A DNA stretch of 64,000 nucleotides from an uncultured cyanobacterium (lineage in GTDB: Bacteria; Cyanobacteriota; Cyanobacteriia; Cyanobacteriales; CAWCAG01), in NCBI GenBank assembly GCA_963803805.1, contig CAWDOD010000005.1, positions 82,667 to 146,666 on the forward strand. Reading direction: 5' to 3'. Every line of letters begins with the position of its first letter. Position 1 is the first letter of the stretch. Both the position numbers and the translations under genes were made by a program. Under the pieces are notes generated by a model. That model was given only the letters and a program-made list of their open reading frames with translations. It was not told where the DNA came from and did no database searches. Of the stretch, positions 1 to 11,778 are shown piece by piece.

Positions 1-192
1 GTTGTTTACTTTAATTCGAGGCAAATAAAGCCAAGTCGATACGCTATTTTAGCAGCAATTTTGGGCATAATTATTGGTGCTATTAACTTTGAGCTAACTG
101 AAGAGATTCACTCAGGTTGCCCCTACCTCCTTATAAGTCTATATCCAGGTTTGCTAACTAAATATTTAAGTCAACATCGGGAGGCACGATAA
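1..192 (+). CDS. possible 3' end of an upstream CDS (hydrophobic stretch)
   Basis: Frame 1 is open from base 1 to TAA at 190-192, overlapping the next ATG (TAATG). No family recognised. Confidence 0.25.
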   Translation, partial: VVYFNSRQIKPSRYAILAAILGIIIGAINFELTEEIHSGCPYLLISLYPGLLTKYLSQHREAR

Positions 193-1442
193 TGGATAAA
201 CCTGTAATTATTTGTGTCGATGATGAAAGAGTTGTGCTAATCAGCCTCCGGGATCAACTGATTCAACACTTAGGTAACAAATATGAAATAGAATTAGCTG
301 AAAGTGGGCAAGAAGCTTTAGAGATTCTAGAAGAATTAACTGAAGAAGGAATTGAAGTTCCTTTAATTATTTCTGATCAAATTATGCCGGCCATGAAAGG
401 GGACGAATTACTCGTAGAAATTCAAGATAAATACCCCCAAACCCTAAAAATAATGTTAACGGGCCAAGCTAGTGTTGATGCTGTAGGTAAGGCAGTTAAT
501 TTAGCTAATCTTTACCGTTATTTGGCTAAACCTTGGCAGATAGAGGATTTGAAGTTTACTGTTCAAGAAGCCCTTAATAGTTACTTTCAAAATAAAAAGC
601 TTTCTGAGCAAAATACTCAACTCATAGAACTCAATAAAGCTTTATCTCGTTTTGTTCCTAGTCAGTTTCTGCAATTATTAGATAAAGATAGTATTACCGA
701 TATTCAATTAGGTAATTCAGTGCAGAAGGAAATGTCAATACTTTTTGCTGATATTCGTAACTTTACTTCTTTATCTGAAGCCATGACACCGGAGGATAAC
801 TTTAAGTTTATTAACGGTTATCTTTCCCGTATGGAACCAGCTATTATTGACAATAATGGCTTCATTGATAAGTACATTGGCGATGCGATCATGGCTTTGT
901 TTGGAGGCAGTGCTGATGATGCTTTACAAGCAGGGATTGATATGTTGAAAATTCTCCACATATATAATAAAACTCGCCACAGTCCCAACAGAGAACCCCT
1001 TAAAATTGGCATTGGTATCAATACAGGACAATTGATGTTAGGAACAATTGGTGGGAGTTCGCGTATTGATAGTACTGTAATTAGCGATGCTGTCAACTTG
1101 GCTTCTCGTTTAGAAGGACTAACTAAACGCTATGGAGTCTCCTTATTAATTACGCAACAAACCTTTCATTTACTTAAAAATCGCCATCAATATGCCATTC
1201 GTTTTATTGATAAAGTTCAAGTTAAAGGCAAATCAGAATTAGTCACCATTTATGAAGTTTTTGAAACAGATGAAGCCAGCATTAAGGAGAGTAAAAAAGC
1301 AACACAATCTTTTTTTGAACAGGCTTGGCTACTCTATAATCAACACTCTTTTCAGGAAGCCAAACGACTTTTTACTACTTGTCTAGAAATAAGTCCTCAA
1401 GATAAAGTAGCTCGGTTTTATCTTAAAAAATGCCGCATTTAG
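192..1442 (+). CDS. response regulator receiver + class III adenylate cyclase
   Basis: N-terminal REC (VDDE, ISDQIMP, KPW); cyclase motifs FADIRNFT, DKYIGDAIM, DAVNLASRLE, VKGK; C-terminal TPR-like helix pair. Confidence 0.93.
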   Translation: MDKPVIICVDDERVVLISLRDQLIQHLGNKYEIELAESGQEALEILEELTEEGIEVPLIISDQIMPAMKGDELLVEIQDKYPQTLKIMLTGQASVDAVGKAVNLANLYRYLAKPWQIEDLKFTVQEALNSYFQNKKLSEQNTQLIELNKALSRFVPSQFLQLLDKDSITDIQLGNSVQKEMSILFADIRNFTSLSEAMTPEDNFKFINGYLSRMEPAIIDNNGFIDKYIGDAIMALFGGSADDALQAGIDMLKILHIYNKTRHSPNREPLKIGIGINTGQLMLGTIGGSSRIDSTVISDAVNLASRLEGLTKRYGVSLLITQQTFHLLKNRHQYAIRFIDKVQVKGKSELVTIYEVFETDEASIKESKKATQSFFEQAWLLYNQHSFQEAKRLFTTCLEISPQDKVARFYLKKCRI

Positions 1443-1521
1443 TAAGCTTTTCAGTATTAATAAAAACTTATTGAAATTTAACTAAAAAGCTTTTGTTTAT
1501 ATTGCTCTTTTCTCTACACCA

Positions 1522-4500
1522 ATGCTACAAATCAAGTCTATCATCACCAACATATCCAGGAAAACTCCCTTACGAACAGTTCTAATTGTTCCCTTTGTTG
1601 TCCAAATTTTCGCAGCAGTAGGATTAGTCGGCTATCTTTCTTTTCGTAATGGGCAACGGGCTGTTGCTGATTTGGTCAATCAGTTAACCGCAGAAACCAG
1701 CGCCCGTATTGAACAGCACGTTATCAATTATCTCAACAAATCCCAGGATACCCTGTGGCTTAATCAGGGAGCCGTTCAAAGTGGTAACTTAGACCTTAAT
1801 GACTTTGAAAAATTACGGCGTTATTTCTGGCAAGTAGTTCATGAAGGGGATTACGAGGGATATCTTTCCTATGGCAATGAACAGGGAGAATTTGTTGGTG
1901 TTGAGTATCGCGAAGATGCCACGGTTCAGCTTAAAATCAGAACCAGTGCCATTGCTCCTCAGCGAGAAACCTATTTATTAGATGAGCGAGGTGAGCCGAA
2001 AGAGCTATTAAAAGCTTCTGAATATGACCCCCGCACTCGCCCTTGGTACAAAGCAGCTAAGGAGGCAAGAAAGGCTACCTGGAGTGAGATATATCCTTTC
2101 TTTTCTAGCAAAAATACCATCCTAGGAATTTCCCCTGTCTATCCTCTTTATGATGCTCAGGGTAAGCTATTGGGAGTGCTATGTATCAATGTTAGACTGA
2201 CTAGGATTACGGATTTTATCAATCATTTATCTATTAGCCCTAATGGACAAAGTTTTATTATGGAGCGATCAGGTGATTTGGTTGCTGGTTCAGAAATTCC
2301 TCAACCTTTCAAAATAATCGGTGAAGAGGAAGATAGTGAAATTGAGAGAATTCCAGCCGTTGCCAGTGATAATCCTGTGGTTAAGGCAACAGCTCAACAT
2401 CTCCTAGAAAGCTTTGGTGGCTTCGGAAATATTAAGGAGAGTGAACATCTAAAATTTCAAGTGGACGGAGCCTGGTACTATGTTCAGGTGCTACCAATTC
2501 AAGATGGGCGTGGCATAGACTGGTTAACAGTGGTAGTTGTGCCAGAGCAAGATTTTATGGGGGAAATTAATAAAAACGCCCATACAACCATCTTTTTGTG
2601 TTTAGCAGCTTTAGCCATAGCCACCAGCGTCGGCATCATTACTTCTCGCTGGGTTATTGATCCTATTTTACGTCTCAATGCTTCTGCAAAGGCTATTGCC
2701 AAGGGAGAGTGGCAGCAAACCCCTGTTAGTAAACGCTCCGACGAGTTAGGGGAACTAGCTACTTCCTTTAATAGTATGGCTCGGCAACTACAAGCTTCCT
2801 TTACCACCTTAGAAACCAAAAACCAAGCACTACAAGAGTTTGACCAACTCAAAGACGAATTTCTTGCCAACACTTCCCATGAACTACGTACTCCACTCAA
2901 CGGTATGATTGGCATTGCAGAGTCGATGATTGATGGTGCAATCGGGGAACTATCCTCACCACAAATGCAAAATTTGGCACTCATTGCTCAAAGTGGACAC
3001 CGCTTAGCAACCTTAGTTAATGATATCCTCGACTTTTCCAAGCTTAGGCACAAGAACATTGAATTGCAGCTAAAACCAGTGGGTTTGCGAGCTATTGTTG
3101 AAGTTGTTTTGACCCTCAACCAAACCTTGTTAAGGGGGAGAGATATTCAACTCATCAACTCTGTACCTCTTGATTTACCGGCTGTGAAAGCTGATGAAAA
3201 TCGTCTGCAACAGATTCTTCACAACCTCATTGGCAATGCTATTAAATTTACTGAACAAGGTTCTATAGAAGTTGACGCTGAACTCAAAAACGATAACCAA
3301 GACATTGCTATTACTATCTCGGATACAGGTATTGGCATCCCTACCAACAAACTAGACAGCATTTTCAGTTCATTTGAACAAGCTGATGGTTCCACTGCCA
3401 GGGAATATGGTGGTACGGGCTTAGGTTTAGCAGTGACGAAAAAGTTAGTGGAGTTGCATGGAGGGAAAATTTGGGTCAATTCTTCTGTGGGAGAAGGAGC
3501 GGAATTTCACTTTACTTTGCCTGTTTCCTCCTTACAAGCTCCAGCTTATAGTATTGAATCAGCCTTAGCTACTCGCTTTGTTCCTAAACTACTAGATTCA
3601 GAACAGGTAGACATAAACAATAGTCTGCCATCCTTTCAGCAAAATGGCTTCAAAATTCTCATTGTTGATGATGAACCTGTTAATCTCCAAGTTCTCGTTA
3701 ATCATCTATGCTTAGAAAATTATGTTATTACTCAAGCTAATAATGGTCAGGAAGCCCTTGCCGTCTTAGAAAATGGCTTGCGACCCGATGTTATTTTACT
3801 TGATGTCATGATGCCCAAAATGACAGGTTATGAAGTATGTACAGAAATTCGCAAAAAGTTCCCTGCCAACGAACTACCAATTTTAATGTTAACCGCTAAA
3901 AATCAGGTTAACGATTTAGTACAAGGATTGGGAGTAGGAGCGAATGATTATCTGACCAAGCCTATTAATAAAAATGAATTATTAGCACGTTTAAAAATTC
4001 ACCTCGAACTAGCAAATATTAGCATAGCCTACGGTCGATTTGTTCCCCATCAATTTCTTGATTTCTTAAACAAAGAAAGTATTGTTGATGTGAAACTAGG
4101 AGATGAAGTAGAAAAAGAAATGTCGGTACTTTTTTCTGATATTCGTAACTTCACAAGTCTTTCAGAAAAAATGACCCCGGAAGATAATTTTAAGTTTATC
4201 AACGGTTTCTTTTCTCGCATGGAACCAGCAATCTTGGAAAATAATGGCTTTGTGGATAAGTATATTGGTGATGCAATTATGGCTTTGTTTAGTGGTTGTG
4301 CCGATGATGCAGTAAAAGCAGGGATTTCTATGTTAGAAAGGCTCAAGGAATATAACTTAACTCGGCAAAGACCAGACAGAGAGTCTTTAAGAATTGGTAT
4401 TGGTATTAATACCGGTAATTTGATGCTAGGAACTGTAGGGGGAGAAAGTAGGATGGATGGGACGGTAATTAGCGATGCTGTTAATTTAGCTTCCCGTGTT

Positions 4501-4851
4501 GAAAGTATTACCAAAGATTATGGAGTTGCTTTATTAATTACTCAAGCAACTTTTAGCCAATTAAAAAATTCTGATGATTATAATATCCGGATTATTGCTC
4601 AAGTTCAAGTCAAAGGTAAATCGCAAACTACTTTAGTTTATGAAGTATTTGATGCTGATCCTCCTCATATTAAAGCCCAGAAAGTAGCAACTAAAGAATT
4701 ATTTGAAGAAGCGCGATCCCTCTATGAAAATAGTACTTGGGGTGAAGCCGCAGAGTTATTTACCCGTTGTTTACAACAAAACCCAGAGGATAAGGTGGCA
4801 CGAATTTATTTAGAACGTTGTGGGCAAGAGGGATTAATAGTTAATAGCTGA
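1522..4851 (+). CDS. membrane hybrid sensor kinase-adenylate cyclase (Cache-HAMP-HisKA-HATPase-REC-cyclase)
   Basis: Two TM segments flanking a Cache domain (YDPRTRPWY); HAMP (DELGELA); H-box SHELRTPL; G-boxes; REC LLDVMMP; cyclase FSDIRNFT...NLASR. Confidence 0.93.
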   Translation: MLQIKSIITNISRKTPLRTVLIVPFVVQIFAAVGLVGYLSFRNGQRAVADLVNQLTAETSARIEQHVINYLNKSQDTLWLNQGAVQSGNLDLNDFEKLRRYFWQVVHEGDYEGYLSYGNEQGEFVGVEYREDATVQLKIRTSAIAPQRETYLLDERGEPKELLKASEYDPRTRPWYKAAKEARKATWSEIYPFFSSKNTILGISPVYPLYDAQGKLLGVLCINVRLTRITDFINHLSISPNGQSFIMERSGDLVAGSEIPQPFKIIGEEEDSEIERIPAVASDNPVVKATAQHLLESFGGFGNIKESEHLKFQVDGAWYYVQVLPIQDGRGIDWLTVVVVPEQDFMGEINKNAHTTIFLCLAALAIATSVGIITSRWVIDPILRLNASAKAIAKGEWQQTPVSKRSDELGELATSFNSMARQLQASFTTLETKNQALQEFDQLKDEFLANTSHELRTPLNGMIGIAESMIDGAIGELSSPQMQNLALIAQSGHRLATLVNDILDFSKLRHKNIELQLKPVGLRAIVEVVLTLNQTLLRGRDIQLINSVPLDLPAVKADENRLQQILHNLIGNAIKFTEQGSIEVDAELKNDNQDIAITISDTGIGIPTNKLDSIFSSFEQADGSTAREYGGTGLGLAVTKKLVELHGGKIWVNSSVGEGAEFHFTLPVSSLQAPAYSIESALATRFVPKLLDSEQVDINNSLPSFQQNGFKILIVDDEPVNLQVLVNHLCLENYVITQANNGQEALAVLENGLRPDVILLDVMMPKMTGYEVCTEIRKKFPANELPILMLTAKNQVNDLVQGLGVGANDYLTKPINKNELLARLKIHLELANISIAYGRFVPHQFLDFLNKESIVDVKLGDEVEKEMSVLFSDIRNFTSLSEKMTPEDNFKFINGFFSRMEPAILENNGFVDKYIGDAIMALFSGCADDAVKAGISMLERLKEYNLTRQRPDRESLRIGIGINTGNLMLGTVGGESRMDGTVISDAVNLASRVESITKDYGVALLITQATFSQLKNSDDYNIRIIAQVQVKGKSQTTLVYEVFDADPPHIKAQKVATKELFEEARSLYENSTWGEAAELFTRCLQQNPEDKVARIYLERCGQEGLIVNS

Positions 4852-4917
4852 TACTAACTTAAACTTTGTACAATATTACTAATACCCTTGTTAAGCCTTG
4901 CAAAATATAGAGCAGAA

Positions 4918-6974
4918 ATGATCGAAAATCCTTTATTAATTGGTTCGGGACTACCACCTTTTGAGCAAATTACACCAGAACAGGTAGTTCCGGCAATAAC
5001 TCAACTTTTAACAGAATTAGAAACAGAACTTACTACCTTAGAAGCAAATGTTACCCCTACTTGGTCTGGTTTAGTAGAACCCCTTACTCATATTGAAGAA
5101 CGTTTACGTTGGACTTGGGGCATTGTTGGGCATTTAATGGGGGTGAAAAATAGCCCCCAGTTACGGGAAGCACAACAGCAAGTTCAGCCGGAAGTGGTAA
5201 AGTTTATTAGTCGGTTGAATCAAAGCAAACCTATCTACGAAGCTTTTAAAGCCCTTGAAACAGGCAAAGACTTTAAATCTCTTCAACCTGCCCAAAAGCG
5301 TATTGTTGAAGCTGCTATCAAGGATGCAGAGCTTGCTGGCATTGCCTTAGAAGGGGAAAAGCGAAATCGCTTCAATCAAATTCAACTTGAACTTGCGGAG
5401 TTGGGGACGAAGTTTTCTAACCATGTTTTGGATGCCACCAAAACCTTTAGCCTAACCTTAACTACCCCTGAAGAAGTCGCAGGCTTGCCAGCAAGTTTGT
5501 TGAGTTTGGCTGCTCAAGCTGCAACCGAAGCAGGAGTTGAAGCAGCTACAGCAGAAAAAGCCCTTGGCGCATTACTTTAGATTATCCTAGTTATGTTCCT
5601 TTCCTTAAATATAGTCAGCGTGGGGATTTAAGGGAGAAACTATATAAAGCTTTTGTTAGTCGCGCTTCAGAAGGAGAATTAGATAATAATCCTCTGATTC
5701 AACGTATCTTGGAGTTACGCCAAGAAAAAGCTAACTTACTCGGATTTTCTAGCTATGCTCAATTAAGTTTAAGCAAAAAAATGGCTCCCGATGTAGCAGC
5801 AGTAGAAAAACTCTTAGAAGAGTTACGGCAGGTTAGTTATGAAGCAGCAAAGGCAGAGTTTGCTGATTTGCAAAGCTACGCTGGCAAAGAAGAATTGCAT
5901 CATTGGGATATTAGCTATTGGGCCGAAAAACAACAGGAAGAGAAGTTTGCTTTTAATGAAGAAGAATTACGCCCCTACTTTCCCTTACCCCAAGTATTAG
6001 AGGGTTTATTCAATTTAAGTAAGCATCTTTTTGGTATCACTATTACCCCCGCCGATGGGCAAGCCCCCCTGTGGCACGAAGATGTACGTTATTTTCAAAT
6101 TGCTAACGAAACAGGAGATGCGATCGCCAGCTTTTACCTCGATCCTTATAGTCGCCCTAGTGAGAAACGCGGTGGCGCCTGGATGGATGAGTGTTTAACC
6201 CGTGCCAAACTCCATGATGGACTACGCTTACCCGTTGCTTATTTAGTTTGCAACCAAACTCCCCCAGTAGCTGACAAACCTAGCTTAATGACTTTTAATG
6301 AAGTAGAAACCCTCTTCCACGAATTTGGCCATGGTTTGCAACATATGCTCACCCAAGTAGACTATCCGGGGGCAGCAGGGATTAACAATGTCGAATGGGA
6401 TGCGGTGGAATTGCCGAGCCAATTTATGGAAAATTGGTGTTATCATCGCCCTACCCTGTTTGGTATGGCGAAGCATTACGAAACAGGGGAAACCTTGCCA
6501 GAGCATTATTACCACAAACTAAAAGCAGCTAAAAATTATCGGAGTGGTACAGCAATGTTGCGCCAACTCTACTTTAGTAAGTTGGATCTAGAATTGCATC
6601 ACCGCTATGAACCTCAAGGTAAAGAAACTCCCCAAGATGTTAGAAACCGGGTAGCCCAAACTACCACAGTTTTACCTCCTTTACCAGAAGACTCTTTTCT
6701 TTGTGCTTTCAGCCACATTTTTGCTGGGGGCTATGCCGCTGGGTACTATAGCTATAAATGGGCAGAAGTGCTTAGTTCTGATGCTTTCGCTGCTTTTGAA
6801 GAAGCAGGGCTGAGTAATGATAGTGCGATCGCTGCTATCGGCAAACGTTTTCGAGATACAGTCTTGGCATTAGGAGGTAGCATTCATCCTTTGGCAGTTT
6901 TTCAAGCTTTTCGAGGGCGAGAACCTCAAACTGAACCTTTGTTAAGACATAGTGGGCTAGTTATTGCCAATTAG
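4918..6974 (+). CDS. prlC: oligopeptidase A (M3 peptidase), split by one frameshift near 5560
   Basis: ENPLL N-terminus, RGGAWM, HEFGH zinc motif, GYAAGYYSYKWAEV. Frames join as AEK-GPWRITLDYPSY if one base is restored at ~5560. Confidence 0.9.
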
Positions 6975-7258
6975 TTGTTTATACTAGAACTAGGCTGGGT
7001 TAGTATTTTACCTTTAAACATATATACTTAAGGGCGAGTTGTTCTCTACAAAAGTTAAGAATTTAGTAAAAGGAGCCTTTTAACTTACCAATCATTTTGG
7101 CAAGAGTTGTGTCAAACAGCTAAAGTATGTATTAACCTAACTTGTGGGACTGTATTTAATTGGCAATAAACAAATTAGTTAGAAATAATTAATTGATTTA
7201 GTAGAGTAGTTACATCTGCTTCTTTCCTCTTTGCTCCTTTAATCAAAAATAACTTACC

Positions 7259-10200
7259 ATGCAGCCGCGCCCTCCTTCTCCCGCTTTGCCTGCATTAGAA
7301 AATCTCATTAACTATAAGGCTTTTGTAGCACTTCCTACTACTTTAGTAACTGAAGTTTTACCTGCCTTAGCCAGAACAGTTAACGACTCTCATTTAGACT
7401 CAAAAGTATTAGAACAAGCGGGCAGTAATTGCGTTATTGTCCAATCCCAGGAAAGCTTTCTAGGTATTTTGACTGGACGGGATCTAGTACGTCTGGTAAC
7501 TAGTAAGAAAAATTGGCAAACAGTAGAAATTAATGAAATTGTCAGCCAATGTCCAGTTCCTTTTACCTTAACTCCTGGTTGTGATCTCTTTACGATCTTG
7601 GCAGTATTGAGCAAAAGAAAAATTCGCCATTTGCCTGTAATAGAGGAAGATAGGCAGCGGGTAGGAATCATTAGCCTTGATCATCTTTATCCCTTACTTC
7701 CATCTGAGTTGATGACAGAACGTAGGGTTACTGAAGCTATGGTAACTCCATTAGTGACCATATCCCCTACTACTTCTTTGCTTGATATTGCTCAGCTAAT
7801 GGTAACGAACTTGGTGAGTTCGGTGGTGGTTGTTGAAGAAAAAGAAGGAGAAAAGATACTTCGCCCTTTGGGGGTAATTACCGAACAAGACTTAACTCAA
7901 TATCTTCATTTGGGGGTCAATTTCTCAACCCTGGAAGCCCAAAGGGTAATGAAAACAGCCTCATCTTTTCTCCAGCCCCAAGACTCACTCCAGAAAGCTT
8001 ACCAAGAAATGCAACAGCAAGAATCCCAGTATCTGGTAGTGGTGAACGAAGAAGGGGCTTTACAGGGAGTAATTACCCAAATGAGCTTGCTAGGTTCTTT
8101 AGAATTTGTTGAAGTTTCTAACTTAGTTGAAGTTAAGCAAAGTCAAATAGAAGCAATAAATCAACGCTTAGAACAAGAAATAAATCAACGCCAAGCCTCA
8201 GAAGCAAACTTCCGCGAACAACAAATTCGCCTGGAATTAATTAATAGCATCGCCTTGAATGTGACAGCGGATATGTCCTGGGAAGAAATTACGGCTTATA
8301 CAGTAAAACAAGTTAGCGATTATTTCCCTTATCTACGAGTTGACTATTCTACCATTGATCAGCACAACAAAATTACAATCATCAACTCCGCAGGACTAGA
8401 AGAGTTGCCACCCATAGTAGGTACTGTGGTTGACCTTTCCTTTGCTCCCAAATATCTACAAGCTTTAAAAAACGACGAATTAGTTGCGATCAATAATGTT
8501 AGAACTAATTCTCCTTTAGAACCTCTTTTAGAGCAACTCTGCGCCACAGCCATCAATTCCCTTCTAGATATTCCTATTTTTCATGGTCAAGGCTTAATCG
8601 GCTTATTAAGTTTTTCTAGTCCTACTAGCCATTTTTGGAGTGAGGGAGAAAAGAAAACTCTCCATTCTGTAGCAGATTGGCTAGCATTCGCCCTCAAACA
8701 AGCCCACTCTCAACAAGAAAAACAGAAAACAACAACTCAACTTAACTCTACTGCTTCTCGACTCACCGCCTTAATTGAAAATCTCCAAAGCGGAATTTTG
8801 GTAGAAGATGAATTCAGAAAAATTGCCCTGGTCAATGAAAAATTCTGCGAACTATTTGCTATTAATGCTAATCCTCAAGACCTTATTGGTATTGATTGTA
8901 GCAATGCTGCCCAAGAGAGTAAACACTCATTTGCCCATCCAGAACAGTTTGTTGAACGGGTACAACAAATAATTAACCAACGCCAGATTGTAGTTAATGA
9001 AGAAATAGCCTTTGCAGATGGCCGAGTAATGGAACGGGACTATATCCCTATTTTCATTAGTGATCGCTTCGGTGGGCATTTGTGGAAATACAAAGATATT
9101 AGTGATCGCGTCCGTGATCGCCGGGTACTTCAGCAGCAACTCCAACAAGCTGTACTAATCAAAAATATCACCACAGAAATTCGCCAAAGTTTAGATCCAG
9201 AACAAATCTTTCAAATCACAGTTAAGCAAATTGGTCAAGCTTTTGGAGTAAGTCGTTGTTTGCTCCATACTTATAAAGCTATTCCTAACCCAGAAATTCC
9301 TATAGTTGCCGAATACTTAGAGGGAGACTATGCCTCTTTAGCCCAAACCAAAATTCCTATAGCCAATAATGCCCATGCCCAAGCAGTTTTGGCCCAAGAG
9401 GGAGCTATTTCTTCTCCTGATGTTAGTGTAGATCCTTTACTACAACCCATGCAGCATCTTTGCCAACACCTTAGTGTTAAATCCCTGTTGGCTATTCGTA
9501 CCTCCTATCAAGGAGAAGCTAATGGCATTTTAGCCCTTCACCAGTGCGATCGCTTTCGTAGTTGGAGTAATGAAGAAATTAAGTTACTTGAAGCTGTCGC
9601 TGCCCAAGTAGGCATTGCCTTAGCCCAAGCCCATTTATTAGAGCAGGAAAAACGGCAAAGAGAAATCCTAACAGAACAAAACTTTGTCTTAGAAAGGCTT
9701 ATTAATGCTGCTGAGCAAGCTAACCGGGCAAAAAGTGAGTTTCTGGCAATGATGAGCCATGAGATTCGTACTCCCATGAATGCGGTTATTGGCATGACGG
9801 ATCTTTTACTAGATACCGACTTGACTTACCAGCAAAGAGACTTTAGCCAAACTATCCGTAGTAGTGGAGAAGCCTTGTTAGGTATCATTAATGATATTCT
9901 CGACTTTTCCAAGATTGAAGCAGGGAAACTCGACTTAGAAGAAGAACCTTTTAATTTAAGAACCTGTATTGAGGAATCTTTGGATATTGTTGCTCCTAAA
10001 GCAGCGAAAAAAGACCTTAAACTAGCCTACCTGATTGATCGGGGTACACCAGAAAATATTATTGGCGATATTACTCGTATTAGACAAATTTTTGTCAACC
10101 TTTTAGGCAATGCTGTCAAATTTACAGAAAAGGGAGAAGTAACTATCTCTGTCATTGCTAGAAGGTTGGATACAGGAGTTGATAGTGCTGTTGCTAGCCC

Positions 10201-11713
10201 AGACGAAGATTTGAGTACCCATAAATATGCCATTCGCTTTGAAGTTAGAGATACCGGTATTGGTATCGCCGCAGATCGTTTAGGCAGCTTGTTTAAACCT
10301 TTTAGTCAAATTAGTTCTTCCATTAGCCGCCATTACGGAGGAACAGGACTAGGGCTAGCTATTTCTCAGCGTTTATGTGAAATGATGGGGGGAAGAATTT
10401 GGGCAGATAGTGATGTCGGCAGAGGTTCTACTTTTTATTTTTCTATAGTTACTGAGTCAGTGGGTGATAATACTTCAACTTCACAAGAAAACTCTTTACT
10501 AGCTCAAAAACGCCTCTTAATTGTTGAACCCCACCAAATTAATCGAGATAACCTCACTATCCAAGCCCAATCTTGGCAAATGGATACCATCGCTGTTGCC
10601 TCAACCGAAGAAGCTTTAGAGCTATTAAAACAGCAAAAAATTGATGTGGCGGTATTTGATCGACAAATGCCAGGAATTGCTCAGCAAACTTTAGCAGAAT
10701 CAATTCACCAGCAACCTAAGTATCGCGAATTACCCTTAATTTTATTAAGCAATATTGCTCAACAAGAAACCCCTGAACTTCAGGTTAATGCTCAAGCCAT
10801 CTTTTCAGTGATTAAGCCTGTTAAAAAATCCCAGCTATACTACAGCTTAATTGAAGCTTTTCGCGGTAAACCTCCGGTGGTAAAGAAAAACCCCAAACAC
10901 TCTTTATATCTTGATGCTGAAATGGCGATTAAGCATCCTCTGAATATTTTAGTAGCAGAGGATCACTCCGTTAACCAAAAAATGGCTCTTTTGATTTTAC
11001 AAAGATTGGGTTATCAAGCTGATCTTGCTGCTAACGGACTTAAAGCCTTTGAAGCTGTGATGAAGAAGAGTTATGATGTCATACTCATGGATGTCCAAAT
11101 GCCGGAGATGGATGGTTTAGAGGCTACTGCCCGCATTCGCCAAGAATTACCAGAAGCTCAAATACCGAGAATTATCGCCCTAACAGCAAGCGCCATGCAA
11201 GGAGATCAAGAAGAATGCTTAGCTGCTGGTATGGATGATTATATTAGCAAGCCCATTAGGATTGAAGAATTAGTTAAAGCTTTATATAAATGTCCGTCTT
11301 TTCAAGAAAATTCAGCAATATTACCTGAATCAAGTAATTCTGCACCAGAATCTGAATCTCCAGTAATTAATGCCGAGGCTTTAGAAGAAATCAAATATAT
11401 GGCAGGAGAAGATGCTGCTGAGTTTTTGGTGGAAATGATTGATTGTTATTTAGGGGAATCCCCTGAATTCATGGCAGCTATTGAAAAAGCTATTTCTGAA
11501 GGTGATGCTAAGGCTTTACGCAATGCTGCTCATTCTTTCAAATCTAACAGTGCTACCCTAGGAGCTACAAAATTAACTCAACTCTGTAAAGAGCTAGAAT
11601 TGATGGGTAAAGTTGGTACAACTGCTGGAGGCGCAGATAAATTAAGCCAACTGCAAATTGAGTATGACAAAGCTAAGCTCGCTTTAGAAGAGGAACGGCA
11701 AAAATATTCATGA
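7259..11713 (+). CDS. cytoplasmic hybrid histidine kinase (CBS pairs-GAF-PAS-GAF-HisKA-HATPase-REC-REC-HPt)
   Basis: CBS motifs ([14 protein letters not shown]); two GAF domains; [17 protein letters not shown]; HPt AHSFKSNS. Confidence 0.92.
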   Translation: MQPRPPSPALPALENLINYKAFVALPTTLVTEVLPALARTVNDSHLDSKVLEQAGSNCVIVQSQESFLGILTGRDLVRLVTSKKNWQTVEINEIVSQCPVPFTLTPGCDLFTILAVLSKRKIRHLPVIEEDRQRVGIISLDHLYPLLPSELMTERRVTEAMVTPLVTISPTTSLLDIAQLMVTNLVSSVVVVEEKEGEKILRPLGVITEQDLTQYLHLGVNFSTLEAQRVMKTASSFLQPQDSLQKAYQEMQQQESQYLVVVNEEGALQGVITQMSLLGSLEFVEVSNLVEVKQSQIEAINQRLEQEINQRQASEANFREQQIRLELINSIALNVTADMSWEEITAYTVKQVSDYFPYLRVDYSTIDQHNKITIINSAGLEELPPIVGTVVDLSFAPKYLQALKNDELVAINNVRTNSPLEPLLEQLCATAINSLLDIPIFHGQGLIGLLSFSSPTSHFWSEGEKKTLHSVADWLAFALKQAHSQQEKQKTTTQLNSTASRLTALIENLQSGILVEDEFRKIALVNEKFCELFAINANPQDLIGIDCSNAAQESKHSFAHPEQFVERVQQIINQRQIVVNEEIAFADGRVMERDYIPIFISDRFGGHLWKYKDISDRVRDRRVLQQQLQQAVLIKNITTEIRQSLDPEQIFQITVKQIGQAFGVSRCLLHTYKAIPNPEIPIVAEYLEGDYASLAQTKIPIANNAHAQAVLAQEGAISSPDVSVDPLLQPMQHLCQHLSVKSLLAIRTSYQGEANGILALHQCDRFRSWSNEEIKLLEAVAAQVGIALAQAHLLEQEKRQREILTEQNFVLERLINAAEQANRAKSEFLAMMSHEIRTPMNAVIGMTDLLLDTDLTYQQRDFSQTIRSSGEALLGIINDILDFSKIEAGKLDLEEEPFNLRTCIEESLDIVAPKAAKKDLKLAYLIDRGTPENIIGDITRIRQIFVNLLGNAVKFTEKGEVTISVIARRLDTGVDSAVASPDEDLSTHKYAIRFEVRDTGIGIAADRLGSLFKPFSQISSSISRHYGGTGLGLAISQRLCEMMGGRIWADSDVGRGSTFYFSIVTESVGDNTSTSQENSLLAQKRLLIVEPHQINRDNLTIQAQSWQMDTIAVASTEEALELLKQQKIDVAVFDRQMPGIAQQTLAESIHQQPKYRELPLILLSNIAQQETPELQVNAQAIFSVIKPVKKSQLYYSLIEAFRGKPPVVKKNPKHSLYLDAEMAIKHPLNILVAEDHSVNQKMALLILQRLGYQADLAANGLKAFEAVMKKSYDVILMDVQMPEMDGLEATARIRQELPEAQIPRIIALTASAMQGDQEECLAAGMDDYISKPIRIEELVKALYKCPSFQENSAILPESSNSAPESESPVINAEALEEIKYMAGEDAAEFLVEMIDCYLGESPEFMAAIEKAISEGDAKALRNAAHSFKSNSATLGATKLTQLCKELELMGKVGTTAGGADKLSQLQIEYDKAKLALEEERQKYS

Positions 11714-11778
11714 TGAGTATATACCTCTTGTGTTCCCTAATCTCTATTTCCTATCCTTGAAAGCTAAATTTTCTACCC

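Noticed and set aside
9150..9640. Cyanobacteriochrome photosensor GAF
   Set aside because: GAF fold is present, but the canonical DxxF/W and CH/CY bilin-binding motifs are not.
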